Positions 12,031 through 27,387 are shown, numbered from the stretch's first letter. The stretch is 64,000 nt of DNA from the human T2T-CHM13v2.0 reference genome, Homo sapiens (GCF_009914755.1 NC_060947.1), one strand, 5' to 3'. Notes: generated from the sequence alone by a model not told the origin. Translations and numbers: made by a program.

Positions 12031-13852
12031 AAGCACTATCTCCCTCCCACATCTGACTGTTCTTAAGCATTCTCAGTCCTGGGTCTTGAGATCACAGAAG
12101 GGACTAGCTGCACTAACATGGTATTTGTTTGAAAGGTGGAACCAGGAAGGGAAAAACCACAAATCAGGAGCTTTTCCTTACAGCTGCTGGGCACTTGGGC
12201 CCTACAGGCCCCAGATTTAATAAAATAAAGCTGGTTGGATGGGGAGGCAATGCAATTAATTGCCTTCTCAGAAAAGGAAATAGCAGAAACTGACTACGGT
12301 GTCATGACCCAGTCCCCAAAACAGCACACACAACTATATTTTAGAGCCTACATCCTAGGATCTTACAGCATGTGAAAACTTTACTAGGCCAATTCATTCA
12401 GTGTCCGTGAAAATAAACTAATAACAACAAATAATGTATTGGATGAAAAAAGTCTTTGGGTCAACTGAAAACTTCCAACACTTATAAAGCTTCCCACCCC
12501 ACCCCCACCCCACCACCTCTTTTTTTCACATCCCCAATTCCCCATGATGGAACAAGAGTAAAGCTACAAGGGTTTAAATCATCTGATATTTTCAAAGAAT
12601 CCATCAAATTAATCAATTAGATCCTTACCACATACCTGGGGAACGTGGCAGTATTCTGAAATCATATTGCAAGGTAGAAACCACTGATAAAAAGCAAAAG
12701 AGGAAAATCAAAAGAAACCCCTAATTCCCAGTTTCCAGGGTTACTTCTGGCATTTTCTACAGGTATGGCCTGGGGACCACCTGCACCAGACTGTTAAAAT
12801 GCAAGGCAGAACTACTGAACTCACTCTTTGGGGTTGGGGCCAGGGACCTGCATTTAAAGCTATCTCTTGAGTAACACACATGAAAATCTAAATCTCAGCA
12901 ACAAATCAGCACCACAAATAACAGGTGATTAAAAGAAAAGAAACACCTTGTGGGAACAGGTGGTCTCCCCTTGGAAGACTCTAATCTATGTCTCTTATTC
13001 TTTGCTGCATATTGAAATCGACTAGGGAGCTTTCACAAAACTACTGATGCCTTCCTAAATAGCAGCTCCAGAGGAACTAGGTCTCCATAGAAAAATGGCT
13101 TCTTCTAAGCCTACGGCAAAGAAGATACAAAGTGAGACTAAAATATCTGGTTGTGCTAAAATTCATGAAGTACTCAAACATTTAAGGGATAATTTCAAAA
13201 GGACACAGGAGTCAGCTAGACAGGGCTTCCACTGACCAAAGTTGGGACAATACGGTATGTACTGAGGGAATTTATTACAATACATTCATTAAAAAATTCA
13301 TGAGTCCATATTAATATGTTTAACAGGTAGCTAGACAGCTAGCTAAAGAAGATCAGATAGATAGTTATGGGGTGAGAAGTGAAAGCTCCTTTTTTCTCTT
13401 TTTTTTAACAAAAGAACATTGACAAATACAGAAATGATAGAAATATCCAGACAATAGCCATTTTATAACCATCATAGTAATAATTGATTCTGGGAAGAAT
13501 CAACGGTTGCTAAAACCACTGGGCGAAAGCTTGTTGGGGATTAAGATATTTACCAAATCTCAAAGTATCTCCCCACAGTTACAAAAGGAAAATGGTCCCC
13601 TTGGAATGAAGAGAGCTGGCAGATACAGCCTTACCCAAGTGATCCAAGTTAACATTGCTAATCATAGGACAAATTGACATCACGTGCCTCCTGATAGGCT
13701 GCACTGAGAAGGACCTATAGAATATCGTCACCTATAGAATACTTCTATAACATCACCTATAGAATACTTCTGCCACAACATTTACCTAAATCCAACCACG
13801 AGGAAACAATCATGCAAATTTAAAATGAGGAGCCGTTTACAAAAACTGATCT

Positions 13853-14472
<620 letters not shown>

Positions 14473-14484
14473 AAAAAAAAAAAA

Positions 14485-14800
14485 TTCTTATTCATATATA
14501 ATAGTTGTACATTTTTAGGGGGTACATGTGATATTTTGTTCCATGCATAGAATGTGTAGTGAACAAGGCAGGGTATTTGAGTGTCCATCACCTTGAGCAT
14601 TTATCATTTCTGTGTATTTGGAGCATTTCAATTCCTCTTTTCTAGCTATTTTGAAATATACGACACATTGTTGTCAACTATAGTCACCCTACTCTGCTAC
14701 TGAATACTAGAACTTATTCTTTCAATCTAACTGTATGTTTGTATCCAGTAACCAACCTCTCTACTCTCTACCTCCACGAGATCAACCTTTTTAGCTCTTC
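14485..14800 (-). mobile_element. L1MA 3' end
   Basis: ataatagttgtacatttttaggggg tacatgtgatattttg...ctatagtcaccctactctgcta. Confidence 0.85.
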
Positions 14801-15560
14801 ATGTTTACCTCAGCACTATTCACAGTAGCAAAGATATGCAATCAACTTAAGTGTCCATCAACAGAAAAGTGGATAAGGAAACTGTGGTACATATACCCAA
14901 TGGAATGCTACTCAGCCATAGAAAGAATGAGATCCTGTCATCTGCAACAACATGGATGGAACTGGAGATCATTATGTTAAGTGAAATAAGCCAGGCACCG
15001 AAAGACAAACATCGCACGTTCTCACTTTGTAAGATCTAAAACTCCAAACAATTGAACCCAATGGACATAGAGAATAGAAGGATGGTTATCAGAGGCTAGG
15101 AAGGGTAGTGGGAGCAGGTCGGGGGTGAGATGGGGATGGTTAATGGGTACAAAAAACATAGTTAGAAAGAATGAATAAGACCTACTATTTGATAGCACAA
15201 CAGGATGATATAGTCAATAACAACTTAATCATACATTTTCAAATTACTAAAAGACTATAATTGGATTGTTAGTAACACAAAGGATAAATGCTTGAGGGGA
15301 TGGATACCCCATTCTCCATGATGTGATTATTACACACTGCATTCCCGTATCAAAATATCTCATGTATCCCATAAATATATACACCTATGTACCTACAAAA
15401 ATTAAAAATAAAATTTATTTAAAAAAAAGAAAATAAAATGTGGTATAGATACCTAATAGACTACTACTCAGCCATAAAAAAGAACGAGATCCTGTCTTTG
15501 GCAGCAACATGGATGGAACTGGAGGTCATTATGTTAAGTGAAATAAGCTAGGCACAGAAA
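14801..15560 (+). mobile_element. L1MA 3' end with A-tail (to about 15430) plus a second short L1MA piece (15430-15560)
   Basis: ORF2 C-terminal remnant (KNEILSSATTWMELEIIMLSEISQA), 3' UTR and A-rich tail. Confidence 0.9.
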
Positions 15561-15902
15561 TATTTTTTTCTTAAGTCAATATCACAAAAGATATTTAAAA
15601 GGCTAGAGAATTATTCTAGATTTAAAAAGAGTAAAGACATATGACAACTAAATATAATGTATGATCTCTAATTGAATTCTGCATTTTTAAAAGGCTATAA
15701 AAACATTGAGAAAACTGGGGAAATTTGAATATGAACTAATTCTAGATAATAGCATGTTAATGTTACATTTCCGGAGTTGTTAATTCTATCGCAGTTACCT
15801 AGCAGAATGTCCTCATACTTAGGAGATACATTCTGAAGTATTTAGGGATGAAGTGTCCTGATGTTTGTAATTTATTTTCAAACCGTTTAAGGAAAAAAAT
15901 CA

Positions 15903-16201
15903 GGCCAGGCTCAGTGACTCACACCTGTAATCCCAGCACTTTGGGAGGCCAAGGCAGGAAGATCACTTGAGCCCAGGAGTTCAAGACCAGCCTGGGCAAC
16001 ATGGCAAAACTTCGTCTCTATAAAAAATGAAAAATTAGCTTGGCATGGCAGCATGTGCTTGTGGTCCCAGCTAGTACAGAGGCCAAGGTGGGAGGATTGT
16101 CCGAGCTTGGGGAGGTCAAGTCTGCAGTGAGCTGTGATCACACCACTGCACTCCAGCCTGGGCGACAGAGTGAGACCTTGTCTCCAAAAAAAAAAAAAAA
16201 A
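15903..16201 (+). mobile_element. Alu (J-type)
   Basis: Full dimer with poly-A tail. Confidence 0.95.
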
Positions 16202-17574
16202 CGCCAAAAATCCCAATGATTAAAAAAAGTAATCAAAAAGAGTATGTGTGGAGATTGGATAGAGGATAGAGATAGAAAGCAAATGTGACAAAATGCTAAT
16301 AATTGGTAAATCTAGGTGGGTGTTCACTGTACTATTGTTTCAAATTTTCTGTGCATTAAAATATTTTCTGATTAAAAATTTTAAGGGGAAATACCAATGC
16401 CTGGACCCACCTCTAGAGATTCAAATGTCAATATTGGTCTGAGGTGCAGCCTGGGCATCTGGATTTTAAAAGATCCCCATGTGATTCTAATGTGCAGCCA
16501 AGGTCCAGAGACACCTAGTCAGATCTGTTGCCCAAAGAAGAGCATCAGGCCAAAAACGAATGGGACTCTTCCAGGATCAGGTTATTTTAGGTCCTACATT
16601 CGGTGTCTTTTCCCACAAGGGAGAGAACTCAGACTTCTAAATATCTGACAATAGTATTTAATACATAGCACAGGTGAATGCTGCTGTGCTGTGATGTTTA
16701 TTTCACAGACCTTTGGAACAGTTGCAGTAAGTAGTTTCTAGCTCTGGAAATGTGTTCCTGGGTTGGGGCAGGAGAGTGGAGAAGATGGACGTCTCTGCTA
16801 TGATTCATTAACAAACACTGCTAGGTGCCAGGGGCTCAGGGGGTGGGGGGAAGGCAGCAACTCCCCAGTTACTGAGCAGCATGCCAGCTTCTTTAAAGGC
16901 TGTTCTTGAGTTGGAAACTTCAATTTATGCAAGAAGCCATGTTTTCTATCTCAGGATGGAGAAAACAATACAAACTTAACTAAATGTATAGATTCACACA
17001 TTTTTTACTTGGGACGTCCAGTAGATTCCGAGTACAAGGGAAGAGAAGGTAGATTTACCGATCTTGCAGAACCCCTGCATCATACTCTTTACTGGAAACA
17101 TTTCCACTCGTCATCCTGTTTCAACATAATGCAACTCACAGGAAGAGGAGGACACTTCAGAAGCCAATGGCACTCCAAATAAAAGGACCCTGTGGGTGTT
17201 TCTTTACAAACCCCTCTTGGCTGTACCTGGACTGTTGCAGTGGAAATGTATAATATTTAATTAACCAGCATTGTGTGGTCCCTGGAGATGAGCCTGCTTG
17301 ATTTTCACAGGGATGTGTATAATCAACATCTCTGCACCGCAGAACACAGGAAATCCATTTGCCTGCTACTTCAAAGGCAGAGGGCATCTGACAAGTGGGT
17401 ATAGCTATGCCAGTGCTCATTTTCTCCCAAGTCTTGGCAGGATATAAGAGAAAATGTAGAACTAGTAGGGAACCATTTATTAGAGCCTTTGAGCCATGGA
17501 GGGTAGGAAGGGAGGCAGATAACATCAAAAGTCACAGAAGAAAAATCACCTTCATCTTGGAAAAGAAAGAAATG

Positions 17575-17740
17575 AACATTGAGTGCCTGCTACATGCCAG
17601 GAACCACGCTTGGCATGTAACTGGCCTTCCCTCATGTCCTGAGGCCAACTCTAGGAGGTTCAGCATGCTGGCCCCATCTTTATGATGAGCACAGGAAGCC
17701 TCAATAACTTGTCCAGGGTACATGGGTTAAATAAGTTGTG
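17575..17740 (-). mobile_element. MIR
   Basis: attgagtgcctgctacatgccagg...cccatctttatgatgag...aacttgtccagggt. Confidence 0.6.
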
Positions 17741-18296
17741 GTCTTCAGCCCTCTTCTTCCACCAACGCAAGATGATACCAGGAAGGCAGATTGGGAGTGA
17801 GTTTCTAGTGGACTCTGGATGCCAAGCTAAAGATGAGGACTTTATTTTGTGGGCAATAAGAAACCAGAGGAGGCTTCTGGATAGAGAAGCGTAGAACAAG
17901 ATGTGATGAGGACAGGGATCCAGGGAGAAGGGCTCGGTGTCAGGGATATGCAGAATGGCAATGGGGAGGGGTCCCAGAAGCAGGAGATGGCCCAGCAGAA
18001 GAATGAAAGACACAGCTGGAAAAACACAGTGGAAAGAATTACACACCCAGAGAAGGAGAGGCCACAAAGCAGACATGGACACAGACATACGCCAAACAAT
18101 TGTCAGCTGACATGCCTGTTGCCTCCTTTGGGGGCCAATGACCTTCTCTTACTTGTCCTTCATACCTGCACCTAGCTCAGTGTCTGTTTGAGTAGACACT
18201 CAATCCATTCTCGACAAATGAATGAACTAATGAATTCCACATCCTGAAAGGTGGAGGGAAAGGGAGTTAAAGCTTCAACATGGTATTAAACAGGGC

Positions 18297-18513
<217 letters not shown>

Positions 18514-19048
18514 TCAATGCCATCTGGAATTGTTGATGCTATAGGGATGGAAAGATGGTAGACCCTGCAGTCTTGTTGGTGTGTCGAAGTTGGTCAATTA
18601 ATTGACCAACTCATTCTCCATCAACTTTGTAGTCTGAAGCATCTGTAATACTAAATAATGCTAATCTATGCCTCTAACTGCTTTCCTCTTACAAACGTAT
18701 GGCCCCCTGTGAATTAACTTTACTAAACCGTAGAGCAGGGCTATATATGAACAAGAAATGACGTATGTTTGATTTTATATTCGGTCCCCTTAAAAGACAG
18801 AAAACATTTGGTTTAAGTAGGCAAAGATATATGTATAAGAAGGTTCAGGGCAGCATTGTTTCTAATAGCAAATGCATATATGCACAGAGATCTACATGTG
18901 AAACCTGGATGTCTACTGGGAGGGGAAGGTATATCCAGCAGCCATTAAATATAACAAGTAGCTCTACGTGTATCAGTGTGAAAAGGTGTCCATAGTACAC
19001 TAAAAGACTAAATCACGTAATATGTATACTATGATCCCAATTTTATAA

Positions 19049-19050
<2 letters not shown>

Positions 19051-19090
<40 letters not shown>
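19051..19090. repeat. (AC)20 microsatellite
   Basis: Perfect AC run within old L1ME-like sequence. Confidence 0.97.
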
Positions 19091-19092
<2 letters not shown>

Positions 19093-20609
19093 ATAACTCT
19101 AAGCAGCATGTAGCATTTTAGTTACTCCTGATAACTCGGAACCTAGCACAGAGTATACATTCAACAAATGTTCATTAATAAATAAATGAATCCATTCAAC
19201 ATTCAACTAATTTATGAAGGTCTAATACAATTAAATGAATGAGGGCAACAGAGTAAGAGACTGTCTCAAAAAAAGATACAAATGAATGAGAGAAAGGGGG
19301 TATATGTACACGGACACACTTGTGTAAGCACAGAAAATGGTATGGAAGGCTATACCCCAAAGTAACAGTGATACTTCAGGGGAGGCAGATTGGGGGAAGG
19401 GTAGAAACTCATTTAAATGCTTCTACAATATCAATTTGTCTTCACAAAGAGCACGTAATATACTGTAATCACTTTTTAAAAACATCACAGTCACCTATTA
19501 AAATAATTACCTTGCATTATGAAACTTACCTTTCTGATCACACTTTGATTACATTAATGGTAAAGTGAGTTGGTGTTTTGAAAGAAATAAATATCAATTC
19601 AATCAGCAAGAAAGGTGCTTTTCATGGGGCTGAATGACAAGGGGCCTCGGACCTCCCAATGACAACTGGTTGTGGCTGGTCTACGAACACAGCAGGAGGT
19701 GTGAGCTCAGAGACAGGGCTCCACATCTGTAGCCCACATTAGTCATTATTCTGATCAGATGCTGTTACAGAACCCTGAGGAGGCCCATACTATTCCATCA
19801 GTGACCAAGCCAAGGTTATCTTCCCTGGCCAGACACCACCAGCCTACACAGCCCAGACAGCCATCTCTCACTAGGTGGAGGGGCCCTGTGGTGTCCATCT
19901 TCCGAGCTCGCCCCTCACTCATGGGAACACATACATACACACACACATACATACTCATTCATTCAGCCGTGGGGGCCCCTTCTCTGGGTTCTCCTAACAA
20001 CCATTGCTTTTCTCTAGCACTGTCCTCCTTCCATTGTGTTTTTGTTATCTGTGAGTGTCGGTTGCTGTCTGTCTCCATCTTTTCAACCCTGACACCTCTC
20101 AGCTCTTTCACGCACATCTGTATCAACCAATTCGACTCACTCACATCTGCCTCATGATGGTTAGGGCGATGCCACTGCACCACTCTAGATCCCTATGTGG
20201 ACCCCAGGTGCCATATATCTAGAAAATCCCCGATCCAGGCCCTCCTCAGCCCTATGAACTTCAGAGTCTAATGCCTCATTTAAAGAAGTCACTGAAAACT
20301 GTCTTAAATTTGGGCAATTAACATCTGACCCCCCCAAATCAAGTTTCTACTTCCAACGTAATAGTCAAAGGGGCCATCCATTGAATAAACTGAGTTTCTG
20401 CAAAGAGGAGCTGTATATGTATATTTTAACATTAACATTGTCATCTGATATTTCTTTAGAAGCCACATCTGTAATTTTGGTGCCATGAGCATGAAGAACT
20501 CAACATCCTCCACCTCAACTATATCTTATAAAAATGATATGTGAATTAGCCATGTGAAAGGGTGCAGGGGCTCTGATTTCACTGCTCATGGATACGTGGT
20601 CTTCACTTA

Positions 20610-20809
<200 letters not shown>

Positions 20810-22123
20810 AGAGAACCCTGAGTTAACAATACAGAAGAGACAAACGGCCCAACTCACCCAGCATTGCAACCCCTGCGTGGCTCTCTGCCTCGGTTTTCTC
20901 ACGTATAAAATTGGGATGATGGAGACAGACCTACTTTCCAAGGGGCTTACTTCCACCTGACTCTCTCCCTTTTTTCCATTTGGCTTTACATTCAGGAATC
21001 TGTTAAAAGACAGCTCTGTTAATGTTTTTTTCACCAGCCTTCCCTTCCAATCAGAGTGAGATAAAGGAATCACGTCATAACATAAAATCAGTGACGTCTC
21101 TAAACGTCCCTCTGCTTTTCATCTTTCTTCAGGCTGGTCCCAGGCATTGGTTTTGGCCTTTCAGCACAACCCTCAATCCAAATAACCCAACCTCAGCAGG
21201 CCATACCAGGGACACTTCCCTAATGTGTCCCTGGCTTGACTTTCCCCCAGCCCTGGCAGCTAGCTCTCCAGAGGAGAGGGAGTCTGGATTTTCAGAGGAG
21301 AAAATCCAATACGTAAAGCACACTGCTTTTCCCTGCAAGGCTAATTTTGGCAAAATGCCCAAAAGAACTCAACATATTTATAGGGTTTTGTTTGATCTAC
21401 TTTTAAACGCTCCATGCAGAGTCATTCAAGTGAAATGAGAATACAGAATTTCAAAGGAAAAATTGAAGGAAGGTTCTAAATGTAAGTTATTTATTGAGCA
21501 TAAACAAGATTTCTCCTTTCTATCCAACATACTCCCTCTAACATATCTATTTTTAAAGGCATTCTCAAACTTTGCTGCTGACAAATGAATATATCAGACA
21601 CCTAACTTTTACAGTTAAAGGTAGAATGGGCAGGGAGGGGGAAAAGATGAGGGAATGAGGGGTAGGAGAGGAGAAAAAAAGACACAAACATTTGAAGAAC
21701 TGTAACAAAGGTCTAGAAAATCCTAAAGACCTTCATCTGGGATACTTCTGTCTTGCCTAATCTTAGAGAATTACTGGGAGGTATGTGTGTGTGGGTTGTG
21801 GGGGTGGGAGATACACACCATAAACAAATCTAGGGTTTCCCAGTTTTTAAAATCAGTACCAAAAATGGCCACTGTGCTCGGAGATTTAGAAAGTGTCAAA
21901 GAATTCCACATGTACCCTCTCTTTTGGGGGTAGGGGGAGATCTTCATTGCAGGTAGTCATAATATTTTTAAATTTTGACTCATTTTTAATATAGTTTCCC
22001 TTCTCATCCCCATCAGAATAAAGAGGGGAGGAAGCCTAGGTATTTCTGAATTTTCTTGATGCAAATGGGAGTTTATATCCCTGCAATTCATTCCTCATAA
22101 TCTGAAAGGCTAAACCCCTTAAG

Positions 22124-22920
<797 letters not shown>

Positions 22921-23436
22921 TTACAGTTTCCAAGGAAACCCAAAGGTACAAGGGTAAACTATTTATATTTAACAAAGCAGTAAACATAACATTTGGACTC
23001 TGTTCATTGGAATGCTTCATAAGCTTTGGAGTAACACATCATAACAAAAGAGCCACTTTGGGCAACTTCGCAAGTCCTGAACCACAAATGGCCACGTGGC
23101 ACGGTGCTCATGAAGCTGCTTGCCAAGTGCCCTCTTATTACTTGGGTCAGTGGCTGGCGAGAGCCCCACTCTGTCATCTGGTGCCCTGGCTTGGCTGAGC
23201 TCAATGCCCATGATTTCTTCCAGGGAGGCCAGCACAGCTAATTTGCAGGCTGACACCTGCCACAGCCTCATTACCCTCCCCCAACTCAGCCCTACTTTTC
23301 TCTCCCTTTTCTGACTACTTAAATTCTGGAAAGCACTACAAGTTTCCCCCTATCCTTCGGGTATAAAGAGGTCACTAGGGCTTCCATGTACCCACACGGC
23401 TTCATACACACCCCTTGCTCCCAGCCCTACTCAGCT

Positions 23437-23479
23437 GCACTGGTGTGTGTGTGTGTGTGTGTGTGTGCGCGTGCGCACT

Positions 23480-23524
<45 letters not shown>
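23437..23524. repeat. Compound (GT)n/(GC)n microsatellite
   Basis: Two GCACTG-(GT)n units joined by GCGCGTGC. Confidence 0.96.
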
Positions 23525-23526
<2 letters not shown>

Positions 23527-23761
23527 GTCCCCAGTGCCTGCCGGGCTGCAAGCACAGAAATATTCCATAGAAGGAGGGAAGTTGATGCTAATGTTTATAA
23601 TTGCACAGGATCTGCCTGGAGGGATTGCCTGACTTCCACTGAGGTCCATTTCTGTGGTATCACTAGAGGATGAAGGACCCTATGGTCAGCATGGCCAGCT
23701 GGGACCAGAGGCATCTGACCAGTTCTTCAAAAAAAAAAAAGAAGTCTAAAAAAAATGTCTC

Positions 23762-24073
23762 AACCAGGCATGCTGGCTCATGCCTGTAATCCCAGCACTT
23801 TGGGAGGCCAAGGCAGGCAGATCTCTTGAGCTCAGGAGTTCGAGACTAGCCTGGGCAACATGGCAAAACCCCATCTCCACAAAAAACAAAACAAAACAAA
23901 ACAAAATTAGCCAGGCGTAGTGACACACGCCTGTAATCCCAGTTACCTGGGAGGCTGAGGTGGATTACCTGAGCTTGGGAAGTTGAGGCTGCAGTGAGCC
24001 AAGATCACGCCACTGCACTTCAGCCTGAGTGACAGAATGAGACTCCGTCTCAAAAAAAAAAAAAAAAAAAAAA
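23762..24073 (+). mobile_element. Alu (J-type) with (CAAAA)n linker
   Basis: Full dimer with poly-A tail. Confidence 0.95.
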
Positions 24074-24074
24074 G

Positions 24075-24630
24075 TGTTAAAAGTAAAAGAGTCAAGAAAA
24101 CACCAATTCCACTTTCAGGAAGTTATACTCCAGATAACTCACATGAAATGTACAAAGATATATGCATAATGTCCACTGCTACATTAGTCAGAATAGTGAA
24201 AAACCAGAATTATCCTAAACGTCCTTCAATCAGGGAACTGGTTAATTAAGCCATAGGTGTATCTCCACACAAACTAGCAAAGAGAAGCATAGCTCTAAAT
24301 GAACTGATACGGCAAGATTTCCAAGATTCTCGTCAACTTAATACAAAAATTGCAATATAGCCTGAACAGTATGATCCCATCTGTGTTTTTAAAAAATGCC
24401 AAGATGTATGTACCACTATGTGTTTGAAATTGACATCTTTATGATCAAATGACTATCTGCATCTGCTTATGGTTCCTCCTAATATCTACACAGAGATCTG
24501 TAGGGATGACCATGAACCAAGTCTCTTCCAGGAAGTATGACTCAGGGAAGGGATTTGATGTGACTCTTTACACCATGACTTGACTCTGTTAATTTTTTAC
24601 ACTAAACATGTATTATTTTTATAGTAAGTC
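24075..24630 (+). mobile_element. Old L1ME 3' relic
   Basis: caattccactttcaggaagttatac...gtacaaagatatatgc...cctaaacgtccttcaatcagggaactggtt. Confidence 0.6.
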
Positions 24631-25379
24631 TAAGAAAAGTTAGGATGAGTCTAAAAGAAAAGGTCAAACTAGAAAATGTTTTAAAAGAGCAGAGAGGTGT
24701 AAACAACCCAATAGCACAAAAGCTGCCCTACTGAGCAGATGATTGTGTGGGGATCAGAAAAACAACAAATCAGTCCCCTCTTGGTGGGGTGGGGAATAAG
24801 CATCATCCAGAAAAGGGCAGATTATTAAGCAGATGTCCCCCGCCGACCCCACCAAACAAACAGGTTAGTAATGCACGTCCTATCTATTTATTCGAAGCAG
24901 ATAAAGACTTTTCTCTTTATTTAAACAAATCCCACTTTCCTTGTAAATACAGGAAAGGTGCAAAGGTGTATTTTTTTAAAAGAGGGGGTTATATCTCACC
25001 CAGACTTCATTTTCCAAACTGATCCATACCTTTCCTCCCCCTCTCAGAGGGCAGAAAGTGAGTGTCATGAAAAGTGTAAACTTAGAAGTTATAAATCTAG
25101 AAAGTGTCAGTCTAAAAATCCTGAGGCGAAAAAAAATGAATGAAGATTCATTTGCAGAATAGAGAAAGAGCAGAGAAAAATAGAGAAAGTAGGGAAAAAT
25201 AAATCCACATTAATCTCCCCAACAATAATTTTTGTCAGCATTTAAATATTGTATTCAGCACTTAATTGTCTTTACCTCAAAGGGCTTTATTATAAAATTT
25301 TCTATATATTACGTATATCTCTTTTTGCAAGACGAAACTTCCCGGCAGGCAGGAATTCGGTTTTTCTAATGGTCTGCCG

Positions 25380-25602
25380 CAGAGATCAGCAAACTATTAC
25401 TGTAAAGGGCCAGAGAGTCAATGTTTCAGGCTTTGTGAGCCATATGGCCTCTGTAGCAACTACTCAACTCTGCCATTGTAGTGGTGAAAACAACCATAGA
25501 CCACACATAAATGAATGGGTGTGCCTGTGTGCCAATAAAACTTGACTTACAAAAACAGCCAGTGCCAGGTTTGGCCCATGGGCCATCGTTTGCTGACTTC
25601 TG
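25380..25602 (+). mobile_element. MER58A (hAT-Charlie MITE)
   Basis: cagagatcagcaaacta...gtaaagggccagag...ccaataaaact...gtttgctgacttctg. Confidence 0.85.
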
Positions 25603-26079
25603 GTTTATAGGAAGAAGTGTTAAGAGTCCAAATCAGAAACCAGGGAATATTTTTTTAAAAAGGAAGAACAAGAGACATGGCTAAGGTTGAATCATCAGCT
25701 TACATGTGACCCCCTCCCAGACACCTTCCCTGACTGCTTTTGAGGCAGGGTTATGGTCCCCTGCAACCACCACCACCAATAACAACCATGAGAGAGCACA
25801 GCACCCAGTGTATAATGTTCTCTTTACCCTGCCCACGCTGCCTGGGGATTGTTTGATTCTCAAATCCTAGACTCTGTGAACAGGAACTCAGCTGGCCTCC
25901 TTGGGGATTACTACAGGCTAGCCCAGAACAGACCTTTAACAACCATCTCATAAACAAAGTTAGAACAAAACATGTAAGTAAATAAGGGGATGAAGAAGAA
26001 AGAAGAATTAAAAATGACCCCAAAGTGTCGATGGGAGGAAGTGAAGGTTGGTAATGCCACCAACTAAAATGCAGAACAC

Positions 26080-26400
26080 AGCTGAGCACGGTGGCTTACA
26101 CCTGTAATCCCAGCACTTTGGGAGGTTGAGGCAGGCAGATTGCTTGAGACCAGGAGTTTGAACCCAGCCTGGGCAACATAGCAAGACCCTGTCTCTACTC
26201 TAAAAAAAAAAAAAAAAAAAATAGATAAATTAGCCAGGTATGGTGGCACACACCTGTAGTCCCAGCTACTCGGGTAGGCTGAGGTAGAAGGATTGCTTGA
26301 GCCCTGGAGGTGGAGGCTGCAGTGAGCCATGATTCCGCTACTGCACTCCAACCTCAGTGACAGAGTGAGACCCTGTCTCAAAAAAATAAATAAAAACAAA
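26080..26400 (+). mobile_element. Alu (J-type)
   Basis: Full dimer; TSD taaaatgcagaacaca/taaaatgcagaataca. Confidence 0.95.
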
Positions 26401-27119
26401 TAAAATGCAGAATACAGAAGCAACAGGAGTCTGACAGGAGAGAGAATCTGCTGCTCAACCACATAGGGACAGTTGGGGACACAGTGACTGTCTCCCATCT
26501 GCCACTCCACCACAGACCACCAGACGTGGGTCAGCTCCCACCAGAAATAGGTTCAGGGATGGGCAGGCAGTCCTAGGTCAGGGTGGTACAGTGAGAGACA
26601 AAGGTGGGTCTGCCCAGAGCATCTAAATGAAGAGAGGTCCCCTGCACTTCCCCACTGGATGTAAACTGGGAAGTCCACTGTTGCTCCACTTGCTGGTCAC
26701 AGCACAAAGCCAACTCCAGGAGAGGCAGGGCACAGAAAAGAAACCTGGGCCCTGACAAGCCTGCCCTGTGTGTGTACAACTTCCTGTTACACAAGACAGG
26801 TATTTCCTCATGACCTACGCCAGATGGAACCACGTTGCCTATGACTTGCAGCCCAGAAACCAGTAGCCAGCACAGAGTGTCTGAGAGTGGACATGAAGGC
26901 AGCAAGGAGGGAGGGCCAGCCTAGAGGTTGGGCTTAGGGAATCGTATGCTTCATGGCATTAGCTGAACCCAGGAAGATGCCAAAGACAGGACTATAGAAA
27001 CAGCTTACACTTCAGAAGTTGGAGAAGAGGACTCAATCAAATATAATAGAGAAAGGAGTAGAGCGGGAGTGGGAGGGGCAAATAGAAGCACAAAAGGCAA
27101 AACAGAATGTTTCCATAGG

Positions 27120-27375
27120 TGGTAATCCAAGGTGCTGCATGGAGTTTGGCAGAGGCGGCATGGAGGAAGGCGTCTGACAGACCCAGGTTCAAACCCAAAC
27201 TACACCACTCACTAACAGTGTGGCCTTGGATAGGTCTTATAACCTCTCTGAGCCTTGCTTTTTCCAACTGCAAAATGAGGCCAATGCCACCTACTTCTCA
27301 GGGTTGTTTAAAGGACTGCATAGATGTCTCCACTACAACATTTGCATAGGTAACTAGGGCGTACTGATTGCATTA
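27120..27375 (+). mobile_element. MIR
   Basis: gacagacccaggttcaaaccc...aacctctctgagccttgctttttccaactgcaaaatgagg. Confidence 0.8.
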
Positions 27376-27387
27376 AGGTCCTAATTC

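Noticed and set aside
17059-17116. Possible 57-nt cassette exon (aacAG|GATGACG...GATCG|GTAAAT)
   Set aside because: Weak pyrimidine tract and mediocre donor; such pairs are common by chance.
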